Of a stretch of DNA of 64,000 nt, positions 20,499-30,686 are shown piece by piece. The position numbers were made by a program, and so were the translations under genes. Source of the DNA: an uncultured Clostridia bacterium (GTDB lineage: Bacteria > Bacillota_I > Bacilli_A > RF39 > UBA660); the NCBI GenBank assembly GCA_946409545.1, contig CAMJWT010000009.1, forward strand, positions 4,194-68,193, written 5' to 3'. Within the stretch, counting starts at the first letter, position 1; every line of letters starts with the position of its first letter. A model generated the notes under the pieces. The model ran no database searches, was not told the origin of the DNA, and saw nothing but the letters and a program-made list of their open reading frames with translations.

Positions 20499-21680
20499 TT
20501 ATTTTCTTTTTTTTCTTTTATTTACTAGAAGAATTGTTATAAAAACGGTTAAAGAGATTAAGATACCTACTCCAACACAAATTAAAATTAATCCTTCATT
20601 TGATTGAACTTTATTATCATCAACATTGTCTTTTTTCGGATTATCAGAATCCGGTTCTTTTTCTTTTATTGTATGATCAATAATACTACCATCTTGATCA
20701 GTTTCAACTATAAATGGATCATCATTCCGTTCAATAACCCATCCTTTAAGTGTAGGAATATAGTAGATATTCTCAGGAATAACTCCACAATATTTAACTT
20801 CATAATCTTTATTTGCTTCAATCGTTCCAATAGATTCAGATGATATATCACTATCATTAAACTCAACGGTTCTATATATTTTAGCAACTTTCTTAGCTTT
20901 AATTTTATAATTATCACAATTATGAGCAAATGAATCAAATTTACTACTTATTGGCAAAAATCCTGATATGCCATTATATTTTACATAATAATAATTAGAT
21001 GATTCTCCACCTTTATCAGTAGATAACCAATAATTAGTAATCTCCGTATTCGAAGGAATATAACCTAGTATATTACTATCTTTAAAATTACCATCAGATG
21101 TTTTATAGATAGGTGCATTATTAATTGTAACAATCGTAATATCTTCATTATCTACTGGAGCCATTTCAAGAACAACTCTATCTTTATAACGACTAATATA
21201 ACCTTTAATGCCCTTATATGATACATATAACCAATAATGATTATACTCATATTCTGGTTTTAATTTAACACCTTTAGGAATAGTACCAACTTTATTAAAA
21301 ATTGTTGCTGGCCCAGAATATACTGTAATATTATCAAGCATTAAAGCTTGACCATAAACTTTATTTTTTTCTTCTTCATCAATTTTAAAGTCTTTAGTTT
21401 TAACTATTACATCTCTTGCATTAACATGACATGCGTCATATTCATCGTTAATTGTAACTAAATAAAATGTTTCCTCTTGAATATCTTGTCTAGCGTAATA
21501 TGTTTCACCATATGGTAACAATTCTTTATGGTTATAATCATTATCTAAACACATTGCACCTTCAACATTTGATATCTCAATTTGAATTTCAGGAAAAGTA
21601 GGAGGGCCAGTATCAGCTTTAACATTTAATACTAATAATAAACTTAAAAACAATAATATATTAAATATTTTTTTCATCAA
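20499..21680 (-). CDS. type I membrane protein with SH3b-like domains (paralog 1 of 3)
   Basis: 393 aa with a signal peptide MKKIFNILLFLSLLLVLNVKA and SH3b-like segments (VYSGPATIFNKVGTIPKGVKLKPEYEYNHYWLYVSYKGIKGYIS). A C-terminal TM is followed by a KRKKRK stop-transfer sequence. Confidence 0.5.
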   Translation of the reverse strand: MMKKIFNILLFLSLLLVLNVKADTGPPTFPEIQIEISNVEGAMCLDNDYNHKELLPYGETYYARQDIQEETFYLVTINDEYDACHVNARDVIVKTKDFKIDEEEKNKVYGQALMLDNITVYSGPATIFNKVGTIPKGVKLKPEYEYNHYWLYVSYKGIKGYISRYKDRVVLEMAPVDNEDITIVTINNAPIYKTSDGNFKDSNILGYIPSNTEITNYWLSTDKGGESSNYYYVKYNGISGFLPISSKFDSFAHNCDNYKIKAKKVAKIYRTVEFNDSDISSESIGTIEANKDYEVKYCGVIPENIYYIPTLKGWVIERNDDPFIVETDQDGSIIDHTIKEKEPDSDNPKKDNVDDNKVQSNEGLILICVGVGILISLTVFITILLVNKRKKRK

Positions 21681-21692
21681 CTGACCTCCTTT

Positions 21693-23159
21693 CTATTCTA
21701 AATTGGAATTATCATTATTATTTTGAATAGGTTCTACTTCTTCTTTTTTCTTTTTATTAACTAACTTAATAACAACAAGTATTGTTACTGCTATTAAGAT
21801 ACCTGCACCAACACAAATCATAATTAATTCTTCATTTGTTAATCCTTTTTTATCATCTGGTGTTGGTTCTTCCTTTGGAGTTGGTGGTTGTACATCACCA
21901 GGTTTTTCTGCTTTTACAATTTTAAAAGTATAAGTATGTGTTCCATCTTCATCCTTAGCTTTTAATGTAACAACACTATTATTTTTTAAATCTTCATTAT
22001 TTAATACATCTACTTCAACTTCATTTGGAGTAACAACAAATTCTAGTTTTGTTTCTTCTTCACTTAACTCAACAGTATAAGAATACTGTGTTTTTGAAAA
22101 ATCAATACTATGTCCTTTTATTTCTATTTTTTCTAAAGAAATTTCTTCTTTAGTATGATCAAATACTTCTCCTTTAGAATCTGTTTCGATGATATATCTA
22201 TCCTCATGATCTTCAGTGATCCAACCATTTTTTGATGTAATATAATACGCATTCCATCCTTGACCACCACCACAATATTTGACATCATAATCTTTATTTG
22301 AGTCTATTGTTCCAAGCTCCTTGGAAATAAGTTTACCATTATCATCGTAATCAAGTGATTCATATACTTTAACAGATTTTTTAGCTTTTATTTTTGTACC
22401 ATCACACTTTTCTGCAAAAGAATAATGATTATACACAAAACCATATTTACCATTATATTCAATGTAATTATTTCGACTATAATCTGTACCCCATTCAACT
22501 TTTAATTCTTTATTAGCTGGTATTGTATCAATTATTTTGGAATCTTTAGTAGTACTATAATCGAATTCATGATCAAAAATAGGTGTTTTATCATATGTTA
22601 CAACTATTTCTGGTTCTATATGAACAACAATGGCACCACCTTCACTACTTATATATCCTTTTATGCCATTATATTCAACATAATACCAATAATCACCTAA
22701 TTTGTAACTAGATTCTAATTTAGAATCTTTAGGAATAGTTCCTATTTCTTTATAGAAATTTTTAGATGGACCAGAATAAATTTTCATATCTTTAAGAGCC
22801 CATAATGCAAAAGGTCCCTCTTCTTTATCATCTTCTGCTGGTTTAAAGTTATCTTGTTTTACAACTACATCTGTCTTTTTAACATAACAAGATAAAACCT
22901 CTTTTTCATTAAAAGATAATTTATAATAATCTTTTATAAAGTTATCATCATATATATCAGTATTTTCAATATAACCGTAAGCAAGTTCACCATATTTAAG
23001 AGTTCTATTAACTTTAGATTCACTATCATAACATTTAGCTCCATCAGGATTAGAAACTTCCATTTCTAATTGAGGCAATACTGGTGGTCCCATATCAGCT
23101 TTAACATTTAAAACTAATAATAAACTTAAAAACAATAATATATTAAATATTTTTTTCAT
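21693..23159 (-). CDS. type I membrane protein with SH3b-like domains and cadherin-like beta-sandwich domain (paralog 2)
   Basis: 488 aa with the same signal peptide and SH3b-like motifs (DYWYYVEYNGIKGYISS). The cadherin-like pattern LEKIEIKGHSIDFSKTQYSYTVEL...THTYTFKIV is followed by a Pro-rich linker, a TM and KKKK. Confidence 0.5.
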   Translation of the reverse strand: MKKIFNILLFLSLLLVLNVKADMGPPVLPQLEMEVSNPDGAKCYDSESKVNRTLKYGELAYGYIENTDIYDDNFIKDYYKLSFNEKEVLSCYVKKTDVVVKQDNFKPAEDDKEEGPFALWALKDMKIYSGPSKNFYKEIGTIPKDSKLESSYKLGDYWYYVEYNGIKGYISSEGGAIVVHIEPEIVVTYDKTPIFDHEFDYSTTKDSKIIDTIPANKELKVEWGTDYSRNNYIEYNGKYGFVYNHYSFAEKCDGTKIKAKKSVKVYESLDYDDNGKLISKELGTIDSNKDYDVKYCGGGQGWNAYYITSKNGWITEDHEDRYIIETDSKGEVFDHTKEEISLEKIEIKGHSIDFSKTQYSYTVELSEEETKLEFVVTPNEVEVDVLNNEDLKNNSVVTLKAKDEDGTHTYTFKIVKAEKPGDVQPPTPKEEPTPDDKKGLTNEELIMICVGAGILIAVTILVVIKLVNKKKKEEVEPIQNNNDNSNLE

Positions 23160-23170
23160 CTACTGACCTC

Positions 23171-24631
23171 CTATTCTAAATTGGAATTATCATTATTATT
23201 TTGAATAGGTTCTACTTCACTATTTTTCTTTTTATTAACTAACTTAATAATAACAAGTATTGTTACTGCTATTAAGATACCTGCTCCAACACAAATCATA
23301 ATTAATTCTTCATTTGTTAATCCTTTTTTATCATCTGGTGTTGGTTCTGGTTTTGGAGTTGGTGGTTGTACATCACCTGGTTTTTCTGCTTTTACAATTT
23401 TAAAAGTATAAGTATGTGTACCATCTTCATCCTTAACTTTTAAGGTAACAACACTATTATTTTTTAAATCTTCATTATTTAATACTTTTACGTCAACCTC
23501 ATCTGGAGTAACAACAAACTCTAGTTTTGTTTCTTCTTCAGCTAACTCAACAGTGTATTCTGTTTTGTTCTTGGCAAATCCGATATCATGTCCTTTTATT
23601 TCAAGTTTTTCCAAAACAACTGATCCCTCATATGGATCTTCACCTTTAGAGTTAGTATATTTTACGAAGTCAACATGAGGAAGATAATTTGATTCAGATA
23701 CCCTATTATAAATCCATCCTTTTAATTCTGTTATATAATAGCCTTCTTCATCATAAAAATCATAACAATAAGATACAGCATATTCTTTTCCTTTGGATAC
23801 TGTTCCAATCTTTGCTCTTTTACTACCTAGATTATCATATACATCTAAATCACGTTTAGCTACAATTTTACCACCAGAACAACCTTCTGCAAATCCATCC
23901 ATTTTTCCAATTAATCCTGATGTTCCATTATAATCAATATAATAATATCTATCATAATCCGTAGACCAATTAACTTCTATCAAAGTATTTGCTGGTATTT
24001 CACCAATGACATTTATTTTTTCGTTGTTTTCATCATTTTGACGTTCAGAGCCAATTTTTTGAATATTTATGGCATACACTGTAAAATATTTTTGTCCTTG
24101 AATTTCGTTGTTGACAATAGCAGTTTTTTCACTTGATATATATCCACTTACACCATCATATGTTACATAATACCAAAAATCTCCCATACGATATTGCGTT
24201 TTAAGTTTTGTTCCTTTTGGTATTACCTTATTTAATTTTTCAAAATAAGTTGATGGTCCTTTGTACATCTCAACACCTTTTGATTCAATTACCATCAAAT
24301 CAATTTCTTTTTCTAATTTATCTTCATTAGATAATTCATATTTTTGATTAAAAAAGTTTAAATCTTCAAGATGAATATAACAATATGCCTCTTCATTAGT
24401 TAAATCATAGTGATATGAATATTCACCTGCACCATAATTTTCTACTTCAATGACTGTTCCTTTAGCAAGTACTCTTTCTACTTCTTTAAAGTCCATATCT
24501 TTATAACATTTTGTGTTATCATTCTTAACTTCACCTTTTAATTTAGGGAAAGCAGGTGGTCCCATATCTGCTTTAACATTTAAAACTAATAATAAACTTA
24601 ATAATAATAAACTATTTAATATCTTTCTCAT
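23171..24631 (-). CDS. type I membrane protein with SH3b-like domains and cadherin-like beta-sandwich domain (paralog 3)
   Basis: 486 aa. The C-terminal about 150 aa are about 95% identical to paralog 2 at nucleotide level. SH3b-like motif: DFWYYVTYDGVSGYISS. Confidence 0.5.
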   Translation of the reverse strand: MRKILNSLLLLSLLLVLNVKADMGPPAFPKLKGEVKNDNTKCYKDMDFKEVERVLAKGTVIEVENYGAGEYSYHYDLTNEEAYCYIHLEDLNFFNQKYELSNEDKLEKEIDLMVIESKGVEMYKGPSTYFEKLNKVIPKGTKLKTQYRMGDFWYYVTYDGVSGYISSEKTAIVNNEIQGQKYFTVYAINIQKIGSERQNDENNEKINVIGEIPANTLIEVNWSTDYDRYYYIDYNGTSGLIGKMDGFAEGCSGGKIVAKRDLDVYDNLGSKRAKIGTVSKGKEYAVSYCYDFYDEEGYYITELKGWIYNRVSESNYLPHVDFVKYTNSKGEDPYEGSVVLEKLEIKGHDIGFAKNKTEYTVELAEEETKLEFVVTPDEVDVKVLNNEDLKNNSVVTLKVKDEDGTHTYTFKIVKAEKPGDVQPPTPKPEPTPDDKKGLTNEELIMICVGAGILIAVTILVIIKLVNKKKNSEVEPIQNNNDNSNLE

Positions 24632-24797
24632 TTTCTTTCTCCTCTTTCTTTTCTTTTGTATTTGTATTTTTATTTTTATTTACTACTACAATAATAACTA
24701 TAACAATAATAATAACTGCTAAAATAGCTAGTGTAATCCATGTTCCATCCCCTTCTGTTTCGGGATAATATGGGGCAGCTACATCTAAAAATCTCAT
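24612..24797 (-). CDS. small membrane protein
   Basis: 61 aa with a single TM (ITLAILAVIIIVIVIIVVV) and a Lys/Glu-rich tail. It overlaps the start of the 23171 gene by 20 nt. Coding status is uncertain. Confidence 0.3.
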   Translation of the reverse strand: MRFLDVAAPYYPETEGDGTWITLAILAVIIIVIVIIVVVNKNKNTNTKEKKEEKENEKDIK

Positions 24798-24808
24798 AAT
24801 TCACCTCC

Positions 24809-25165
24809 TTAATAAACAATTTCATTTATTAATAACCCTAATAAATATGAACTAGCATTTAATATTAGTGATAATAAAAATCCATTTATTTTTCTTCTCT
24901 TTAAATATTTATGATATATTAATCCTTCCACAAATAATGTTAATATTTCTAAAATTAGTAAACTTATATTTCGAGTTTTTAATCCATGATAATAATTAAA
25001 ATATACTGGTATACTAGATACTATTGGATTTGTTAAACAATTTGCAAGAAAAATGTTTAATAAATCTTTTTTTCGATAACCAATAATAATAGCAATACCG
25101 CACTCAATAATAAGTGTTGAAACTAAGCATATCACCATTACTTTAGGAAACTCAGCTATTGTCAT
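24809..25165 (-). CDS. hypothetical membrane protein (3-4 TM)
   Basis: 118 aa and hydrophobic. It sits in an operon-like arrangement with the 24612 and 25282 ORFs. Confidence 0.35.
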   Translation of the reverse strand: MTIAEFPKVMVICLVSTLIIECGIAIIIGYRKKDLLNIFLANCLTNPIVSSIPVYFNYYHGLKTRNISLLILEILTLFVEGLIYHKYLKRRKINGFLLSLILNASSYLLGLLINEIVY

Positions 25166-25281
25166 TTTTTAATTCCTTACATACTAGATAAATAGTAATA
25201 ATAATTATTAGTAAAATAATACCAACGCCTACGTAGAATAATAATTCTTTATTTTCTAAAAAATAATTTTGAAAATACCAC

Positions 25282-26343
25282 TTAACCATTACTACTACCT
25301 TCTTTCTTTAAGACATAAGATAATGCTAATGAACATGCAATAGATAATATAGCAATCATACCAATATTTACATACATACTAGGTATCTTTATAAAGAAGA
25401 TTGGTGCTGTTCCTAAAAATAAACCTATTGTTGTAAGTCCAAAAGCAAGTCCTGGCGATTTCTTTAATTCCGATACTAAGATGGCAAGCGTAATCGACAT
25501 TGTCATCGAAAAGAACATAACACCTATTAGTGATACAATCATTAATTTATCACCGATTGCTAAGAAAGGTATTGCAAGTAAGGTACTCCATATACCAACT
25601 TTTCTTATACCATACAAATCAGATAAAATTCCGCCTAAAGCTTTTCCTAAACCCATAATACAGAACAAATAAACCGTTTGTAATGTTGATTTGTTCCATG
25701 ATGTTGGAATTCCATATCCCATATAACCTCTTATTATTACAACAAGAACTGCAATGATAATAACAATTCCAGGGGAAATACTTTTTTTAACATAATCAAA
25801 TTTATTACAATTACTATTTTTTGCTGTATATGAATCAGCCAATAATATAAATGGTATCATCGTAAGAATAATTGGTAATAAATAGAATGCTTTTAAACTA
25901 GTTTTAGCAAGTAATCGACCTGTTATTACACCAAAGGATCCACCAGATACAAAGATAGCACTATGAGATAGTTTTCCTTTAGAATTACGAAGAGTATTCT
26001 CAGCACCTCCAACATGTAAACAACAATTACCAATACATATTATAAATAAAGGAATAAACTTGGATAGGTCAAAGATACTATATAAAAGAATTCCTATAAA
26101 TAGTAATCCAACACCTATCATACTTACATTTACTTTTGGATGTTTATCATTAAATCTACCAATAAGACTTTGTGGTACAAAAGCAAAAGCATCATATAAA
26201 AATGGTACTAACCACGCAAGTGGTGAGTTCGTTATTCTTGATAAGTGAAAGAAACATACAACTTCGACAATAAAATGAATATAAAAATATAAATATCCAC
26301 AAGCAATATTATCTTCACACAAAACACTTTTTAATTTTTTCAC
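25282..26343 (-). CDS. polytopic membrane protein, possibly MFS-type transporter
   Basis: 353 aa with about 10 predicted TMs. The loop LIGRFNDKHPKV resembles MFS motif A (GxLaDrxGrk). Confidence 0.4.
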   Translation of the reverse strand: MKKLKSVLCEDNIACGYLYFYIHFIVEVVCFFHLSRITNSPLAWLVPFLYDAFAFVPQSLIGRFNDKHPKVNVSMIGVGLLFIGILLYSIFDLSKFIPLFIICIGNCCLHVGGAENTLRNSKGKLSHSAIFVSGGSFGVITGRLLAKTSLKAFYLLPIILTMIPFILLADSYTAKNSNCNKFDYVKKSISPGIVIIIAVLVVIIRGYMGYGIPTSWNKSTLQTVYLFCIMGLGKALGGILSDLYGIRKVGIWSTLLAIPFLAIGDKLMIVSLIGVMFFSMTMSITLAILVSELKKSPGLAFGLTTIGLFLGTAPIFFIKIPSMYVNIGMIAILSIACSLALSYVLKKEGSSNG

Positions 26344-26378
26344 TCTAACCTCCTTATTAAATATATCATAATATTTAA

Positions 26379-28193
26379 TTATTTACATTCACTATTAGCA
26401 ATATTTTTTAATTTTTTTGCAATTGTTTTATCAGTTACATATAAATTTGTTGTAACTTTTGTTGCATCTTCATTATAAACTTTAACATACATACAAAGAG
26501 CTGATAAATAAGCTCCATTAATATTTTGATGATTATTATCAGGAACATATACTTCAATTTTATTATTTAAAGCTTTTTTAAAAGCATTACCATCATGAAT
26601 AACATAAGTCTTGATTCCGTAATCTTTATTAATTTTACTAGCAACTTTTTCAGTATTACTATTCATTGCTTTTAAATCTTTTTCAAAATCAGAAGATTTT
26701 AAAGGCCAACTTGTTCTAAAATAAAGACGACCTTTATAATTCTTACCACCAATTAATTCTACGAATTTTTTGGTATCATCATAATATTTATTAAAATCAG
26801 TTCCTGCTGCTATAGCTGTTTTTTCTTGAAGAATAATAACATCAAAATTTCTAGCAAGAATATATTCTTTAAATGGTGATACTGTTCTTGTTGCAAAATA
26901 AGATCCATTTTTAGCCGTTATCGTTACATTTTTATGAACACCGATAAAAATTGATTTATCTTTGGCTTTAGTTTCAATTTTAGAACTTGAATTACTTAAA
27001 TATTTACCTTTATAAGCAATATCGACAAAGTTAAAAGATGGTCTTTTATCTTTATCATTTGTTCTAAATGTTTTGCTATTTCCAACAATTAAAATTGTTA
27101 ATGGATTTACTTTAATTTTAGCAGATGCTTTTTTACCATTATTACTTGTCGCTGTAATTGTTGCTTCACCAATTTTAAGTCCTGTTACTTTACCTTCTTT
27201 ATCAACTTTAGCAATACTTGTATCAGAACTTGTCCATGTAACAGTTTTATTACTAGCATTAGAAGGTGTTATTGTTGCAACAAGTTTAATTGATCTTTTC
27301 GTTTTAACATTAACACTTGTCTTATTTAAACTAATACCTGTTACAGGTACATCTTTATTTTTATCCCAATGAGCGTAAATTATTACATTACTATTAATTA
27401 TGGTATTTGAACTTACTTTTGTTCCACCATTCTTCTCTGTATACCATCCACTAAAGGTATAACCACTTCTTGTTGGTGTTGGTAATGTTCCATACTTATC
27501 TCCTCTATTTAATGTTTTACTAGTAGGACTTACACTACCACCATTAGCATTATAAGTTAAAGTATATTTAGTAGTTACTTGATTTTTAGAAACACTAACA
27601 AAACAAGTGGCATAAAGATTATTTGATGTTTTAACAGTTATAGTTGCACTTCCTTCACCAACTGCTTTTACTAAACCATTATTAACAGTAGCAACTTTAT
27701 TATTACTTGTTTCCCATTTGATATTAGTGTTGGCATCAGATGGTTCTATCTTATAAGATAATGTTTCACTACCCCCAACCTTTAAGTTAATACTTGTTTT
27801 ATTTAAACTAATATTTTGTGGATAAATGATTGTTTGTTCAGTATAAACTGTAACATTACAAGTATCATTTATATCTTCCTTACCTTCGATATATGCTGTA
27901 ACAGTAGCGTATCCATTATTCTTTCCTGTGATATAACCATTATCATTAACTAGTACTATATTTTCATCACTACTTTTAAATTTAACGTTTTTAACATTTT
28001 CGTTTAATTCTAAAGTATAACTAGAACCTTTTTCTATGGTAATACTTTTTTCTTTAAAAGATATTTTATCTACTGTATTATTACCACATCCGACTAAAAA
28101 AAATAATGATAGTATTCCGATAATTCCAATCAATAAAGACTTTTTCATACTCTCACCTATTTTAATTATATAATTAAAAGAAATTATAAACAA
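26379..28193 (-). CDS. lipoprotein with Big_2 domains, a Listeria-Bacteroides repeat and a C-terminal SGNH/GDSL-like hydrolase domain
   Basis: 604 aa. The lipobox LFFLVGC and three Big_2 units are present, plus the repeat YTLTYNANGGSVSPTSKTL...GWYTEKNGGTKV...IYAHW. C-terminal SGNH blocks are ILIVGNS (block I), DVIILQE and DNNHQN (DxxH block V). Confidence 0.55.
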   Translation of the reverse strand: MFIISFNYIIKIGESMKKSLLIGIIGILSLFFLVGCGNNTVDKISFKEKSITIEKGSSYTLELNENVKNVKFKSSDENIVLVNDNGYITGKNNGYATVTAYIEGKEDINDTCNVTVYTEQTIIYPQNISLNKTSINLKVGGSETLSYKIEPSDANTNIKWETSNNKVATVNNGLVKAVGEGSATITVKTSNNLYATCFVSVSKNQVTTKYTLTYNANGGSVSPTSKTLNRGDKYGTLPTPTRSGYTFSGWYTEKNGGTKVSSNTIINSNVIIYAHWDKNKDVPVTGISLNKTSVNVKTKRSIKLVATITPSNASNKTVTWTSSDTSIAKVDKEGKVTGLKIGEATITATSNNGKKASAKIKVNPLTILIVGNSKTFRTNDKDKRPSFNFVDIAYKGKYLSNSSSKIETKAKDKSIFIGVHKNVTITAKNGSYFATRTVSPFKEYILARNFDVIILQEKTAIAAGTDFNKYYDDTKKFVELIGGKNYKGRLYFRTSWPLKSSDFEKDLKAMNSNTEKVASKINKDYGIKTYVIHDGNAFKKALNNKIEVYVPDNNHQNINGAYLSALCMYVKVYNEDATKVTTNLYVTDKTIAKKLKNIANSECK

Positions 28194-28199
28194 TAAAAA

Positions 28200-28223
28200 A
28201 ACTAGTTAATTACTTAACTAGTT
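28200..28223 (-). terminator. terminator of the alpha (rpoA-rplQ) operon
   Basis: AACTAGTTAA-TTAC-TTAACTAGTT perfect inverted repeat overlaps the rplQ stop. An A-run lies on the plus strand, giving a U-run on the transcript. Confidence 0.6.
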
Positions 28224-28554
28224 CAATTATTGACATTAATGCACCGTCTCCACGACGTTCATCTACTTTAAGAATTCTTGTATATCCACCATCACGTTTT
28301 TCATAACGTTTTGCTAGATCTTCAAATATTTTCTTAACTACTTCAGAATCATTATGAAGGAAGGCAAGTGCTGATCTACGTGAAACTAAATCTCCACGTT
28401 TACCTAATGTAATCATTTTATCAACTGATTTACGAACTTCTTTAGCTCTTGTATCAGTAGTTGTAATTCTTTCATTCATGATAACTTGTTTAGTTAAAGT
28501 AGCTAACATACTTCTTCTATGTTTGTTATCACGACCTAATTTTCTATAAGCCAT
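28210..28554 (-). CDS. rplQ: 50S ribosomal protein L17
   Basis: [20 protein letters not shown]... is a typical L17. It is the last gene of the alpha operon. Confidence 0.9.
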   Translation of the reverse strand: MAYRKLGRDNKHRRSMLATLTKQVIMNERITTTDTRAKEVRKSVDKMITLGKRGDLVSRRSALAFLHNDSEVVKKIFEDLAKRYEKRDGGYTRILKVDERRGDGALMSIIELVK

Positions 28555-28565
28555 TATTTTCCCTC

Positions 28566-29543
28566 CTAATCATTTTCTTTTAAATCAAGACCCATTTCTT
28601 TAATCTTATCAAGAACTTCTTTTAATGATTTCTTTCCAAGATTTCTGATCTTCATTATTTCGCTTTCATCTTTATTAACTAAATCTTGTAAAGTATGAAT
28701 ATTAGCTCTCTTTAAGCAATTATATGCTCTTACAGAGAAATCTAAATCATCGATACTAGTCTCTAATGCTTTAGTCTTAGAATCTTCTGTTTTTTCAATC
28801 ATTGTTACTGTATCTTTAGCAGAATGTTCTAGTACTTCGAAATGTTTCTTAAGTACTTTAGCAGCATCTCCTAAAGCTTCATCTGGTTTAATTGCTCCAT
28901 TAGTCCAAATATTTAATACTAATTTATCATAGTTTTCATTTTGTCCAACACGAGCATTTAATACTTCGTAAGATACTCTTTCAATTGGTGAATAAAGTGA
29001 ATCAATTGCAATAACACCAATCTTATTAGTATTTAATAATTTCTTATTTTCTTCACTTCTTACATATCCACGTCCATTAGATACAGTCATTTCCATGTAT
29101 AAGTGTCCACCTTTAGTTACAGTGGCAATTTCAAGATTAGGGTTAACGATTTCTAAATCACCATCATGAATGATATCAGATGCTAATACTTTTCTTTCAC
29201 CTTCATCACAAGTAACATCAATATGAATTACTTTATCTTCAGTAGAATTATTTTTAAGTACAACACTCTTTAAATTAAGAATAATTGTTGTAACATCTTC
29301 ATAAACTCCATCTAAAGTTTGGAATTCATGTTGAACTCCTTCGATCTTTACACTTGTAATAGCAGTTCCTGGTAAACTTGAAAGTAATACTCTTCTTAGA
29401 GCGTTACCAATAGTATTACCGAAACCTCTTTCTAATGGTTCAATTTCAAATTTTCCATAGAAATTATTTTCAATGTATTCAGCTACATTGTAATTAGGTT
29501 TTTCAAAGTCAATTCTTTGAGATACTTTTTCTTCTTCTTTCAT
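28566..29543 (-). CDS. rpoA: DNA-directed RNA polymerase subunit alpha
   Basis: IDFEKPNY...[18 protein letters not shown] and the C-terminal CTD helix-hairpin-helix are present. The start is set at the internal ATG (MKEEEK) with AAGGAG 5 nt upstream. The longer ORF overlaps rpsK. Confidence 0.9.
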   Translation of the reverse strand: MKEEEKVSQRIDFEKPNYNVAEYIENNFYGKFEIEPLERGFGNTIGNALRRVLLSSLPGTAITSVKIEGVQHEFQTLDGVYEDVTTIILNLKSVVLKNNSTEDKVIHIDVTCDEGERKVLASDIIHDGDLEIVNPNLEIATVTKGGHLYMEMTVSNGRGYVRSEENKKLLNTNKIGVIAIDSLYSPIERVSYEVLNARVGQNENYDKLVLNIWTNGAIKPDEALGDAAKVLKKHFEVLEHSAKDTVTMIEKTEDSKTKALETSIDDLDFSVRAYNCLKRANIHTLQDLVNKDESEIMKIRNLGKKSLKEVLDKIKEMGLDLKEND

Positions 29544-29556
29544 GAAAACTCCTTTT

Positions 29557-29940
29557 CTATCCACGTGGGCGTTTTGGTGGACGACATCCATTATGTGGAA
29601 TTGGTGTTACATCATCAATTGATGTAATTTCTAAACCAGCAGTTTGTAATGATCTAATAGCAGTTTCTCTTCCTGGTCCTAATCCTTTAACATATACTTC
29701 AACCTTACGCATTCCAAGGTCATAAGCTTTCTTTCCAGCAGCATCACTTGATACACCTGCAGCAAATGGAGTAGATTTTTTACTTCCTTTGAAGCCATTA
29801 GCTCCAGCGCTTGACCAAGCAATAGCATTACCTTCTTTATCTGAAATAGTTACGATTGTGTTATTGAAAGTTGCATGAATATGAGCAATACCTTCAGGAA
29901 CATTCTTCTTAACTTTTCTTTTTCTTTGTTTGTAAGCCAT
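29557..29940 (-). CDS. rpsK: 30S ribosomal protein S11
   Basis: [16 protein letters not shown](S)[11 protein letters not shown] is the canonical S11. Confidence 0.92.
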   Translation of the reverse strand: MAYKQRKRKVKKNVPEGIAHIHATFNNTIVTISDKEGNAIAWSSAGANGFKGSKKSTPFAAGVSSDAAGKKAYDLGMRKVEVYVKGLGPGRETAIRSLQTAGLEITSIDDVTPIPHNGCRPPKRPRG

Positions 29941-29958
29941 TTTAATTTCCTCCTTTAA

Positions 29959-30333
29959 CTATTTTGTTGCAGTTTTCTTGTTAGCAACTGTTTTACCTCT
30001 ACCCTTACGAGTATGAGCATTTCTATTTGTTCTTTGTCCACGAACTGGTAGACCTTTTTTATGACGAACACCTTGATATGAATTTATTTCCATTTTAGTC
30101 TTAATATTCATATTAACTTCACGACGTAAATCACCTTCAACTAAATGTTCATTAATTTGATCACGAAGTGCATTTTGTTCATCAACAGTTAATTCTCCTG
30201 CTTTTTTAGTTGGATCAACTTTTGCTTTTTCACAAATAGTCTTAGCAAGATTTCTACCAATACCATAGATATAAGTTAAAGATATACAAATATGTTTATC
30301 ATTAGGTATATCTACACCTTTAATACGTGCCAT
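29959..30333 (-). CDS. rpsM: 30S ribosomal protein S13
   Basis: [26 protein letters not shown] is the canonical S13. Confidence 0.92.
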   Translation of the reverse strand: MARIKGVDIPNDKHICISLTYIYGIGRNLAKTICEKAKVDPTKKAGELTVDEQNALRDQINEHLVEGDLRREVNMNIKTKMEINSYQGVRHKKGLPVRGQRTNRNAHTRKGRGKTVANKKTATK

Positions 30334-30346
30334 AATTCCTCCTCAA

Positions 30347-30460
30347 TTACCCTTGTGTTTGTTTATGTTTAGGGTTTTCACAAATTACCATAACTTTACC
30401 TTTACGTTTGATTACTTTGCATTTTGCACAAATAGGTTTTACAGATGGTTTAACTTTCAT
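30347..30460 (-). CDS. rpmJ: 50S ribosomal protein L36
   Basis: Hand-translated 38-aa ORF, below the ORF-track cutoff: [37 protein letters not shown]. It is a Zn-ribbon L36 sitting between infA and rpsM, as expected. Confidence 0.8.
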   Translation of the reverse strand: MKVKPSVKPICAKCKVIKRKGKVMVICENPKHKQTQG

Positions 30461-30473
30461 TATAATCCCTCCA

Positions 30474-30686
30474 TTACTTTCTATATATTATACGCCCACG
30501 TGTTAAATCGTATGGTGATAATTCGATTGTGACATTATCGCCTTCTACGATACGAATGGAATACATTCGCATTTTACCAGAAACGTAGGCTTCGATGATA
30601 TGTCCATTAGACAATTCAACTTTAAATTTACCTGGTAAAACTTCTAATACTTTTCCTTCAACAACTATCGTATCATTCTTCGCCAT
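30474..30686 (-). CDS. infA: translation initiation factor IF-1
   Basis: 70 aa. The S1-like fold sequence [21 protein letters not shown] is present. Confidence 0.9.
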   Translation of the reverse strand: MAKNDTIVVEGKVLEVLPGKFKVELSNGHIIEAYVSGKMRMYSIRIVEGDNVTIELSPYDLTRGRIIYRK

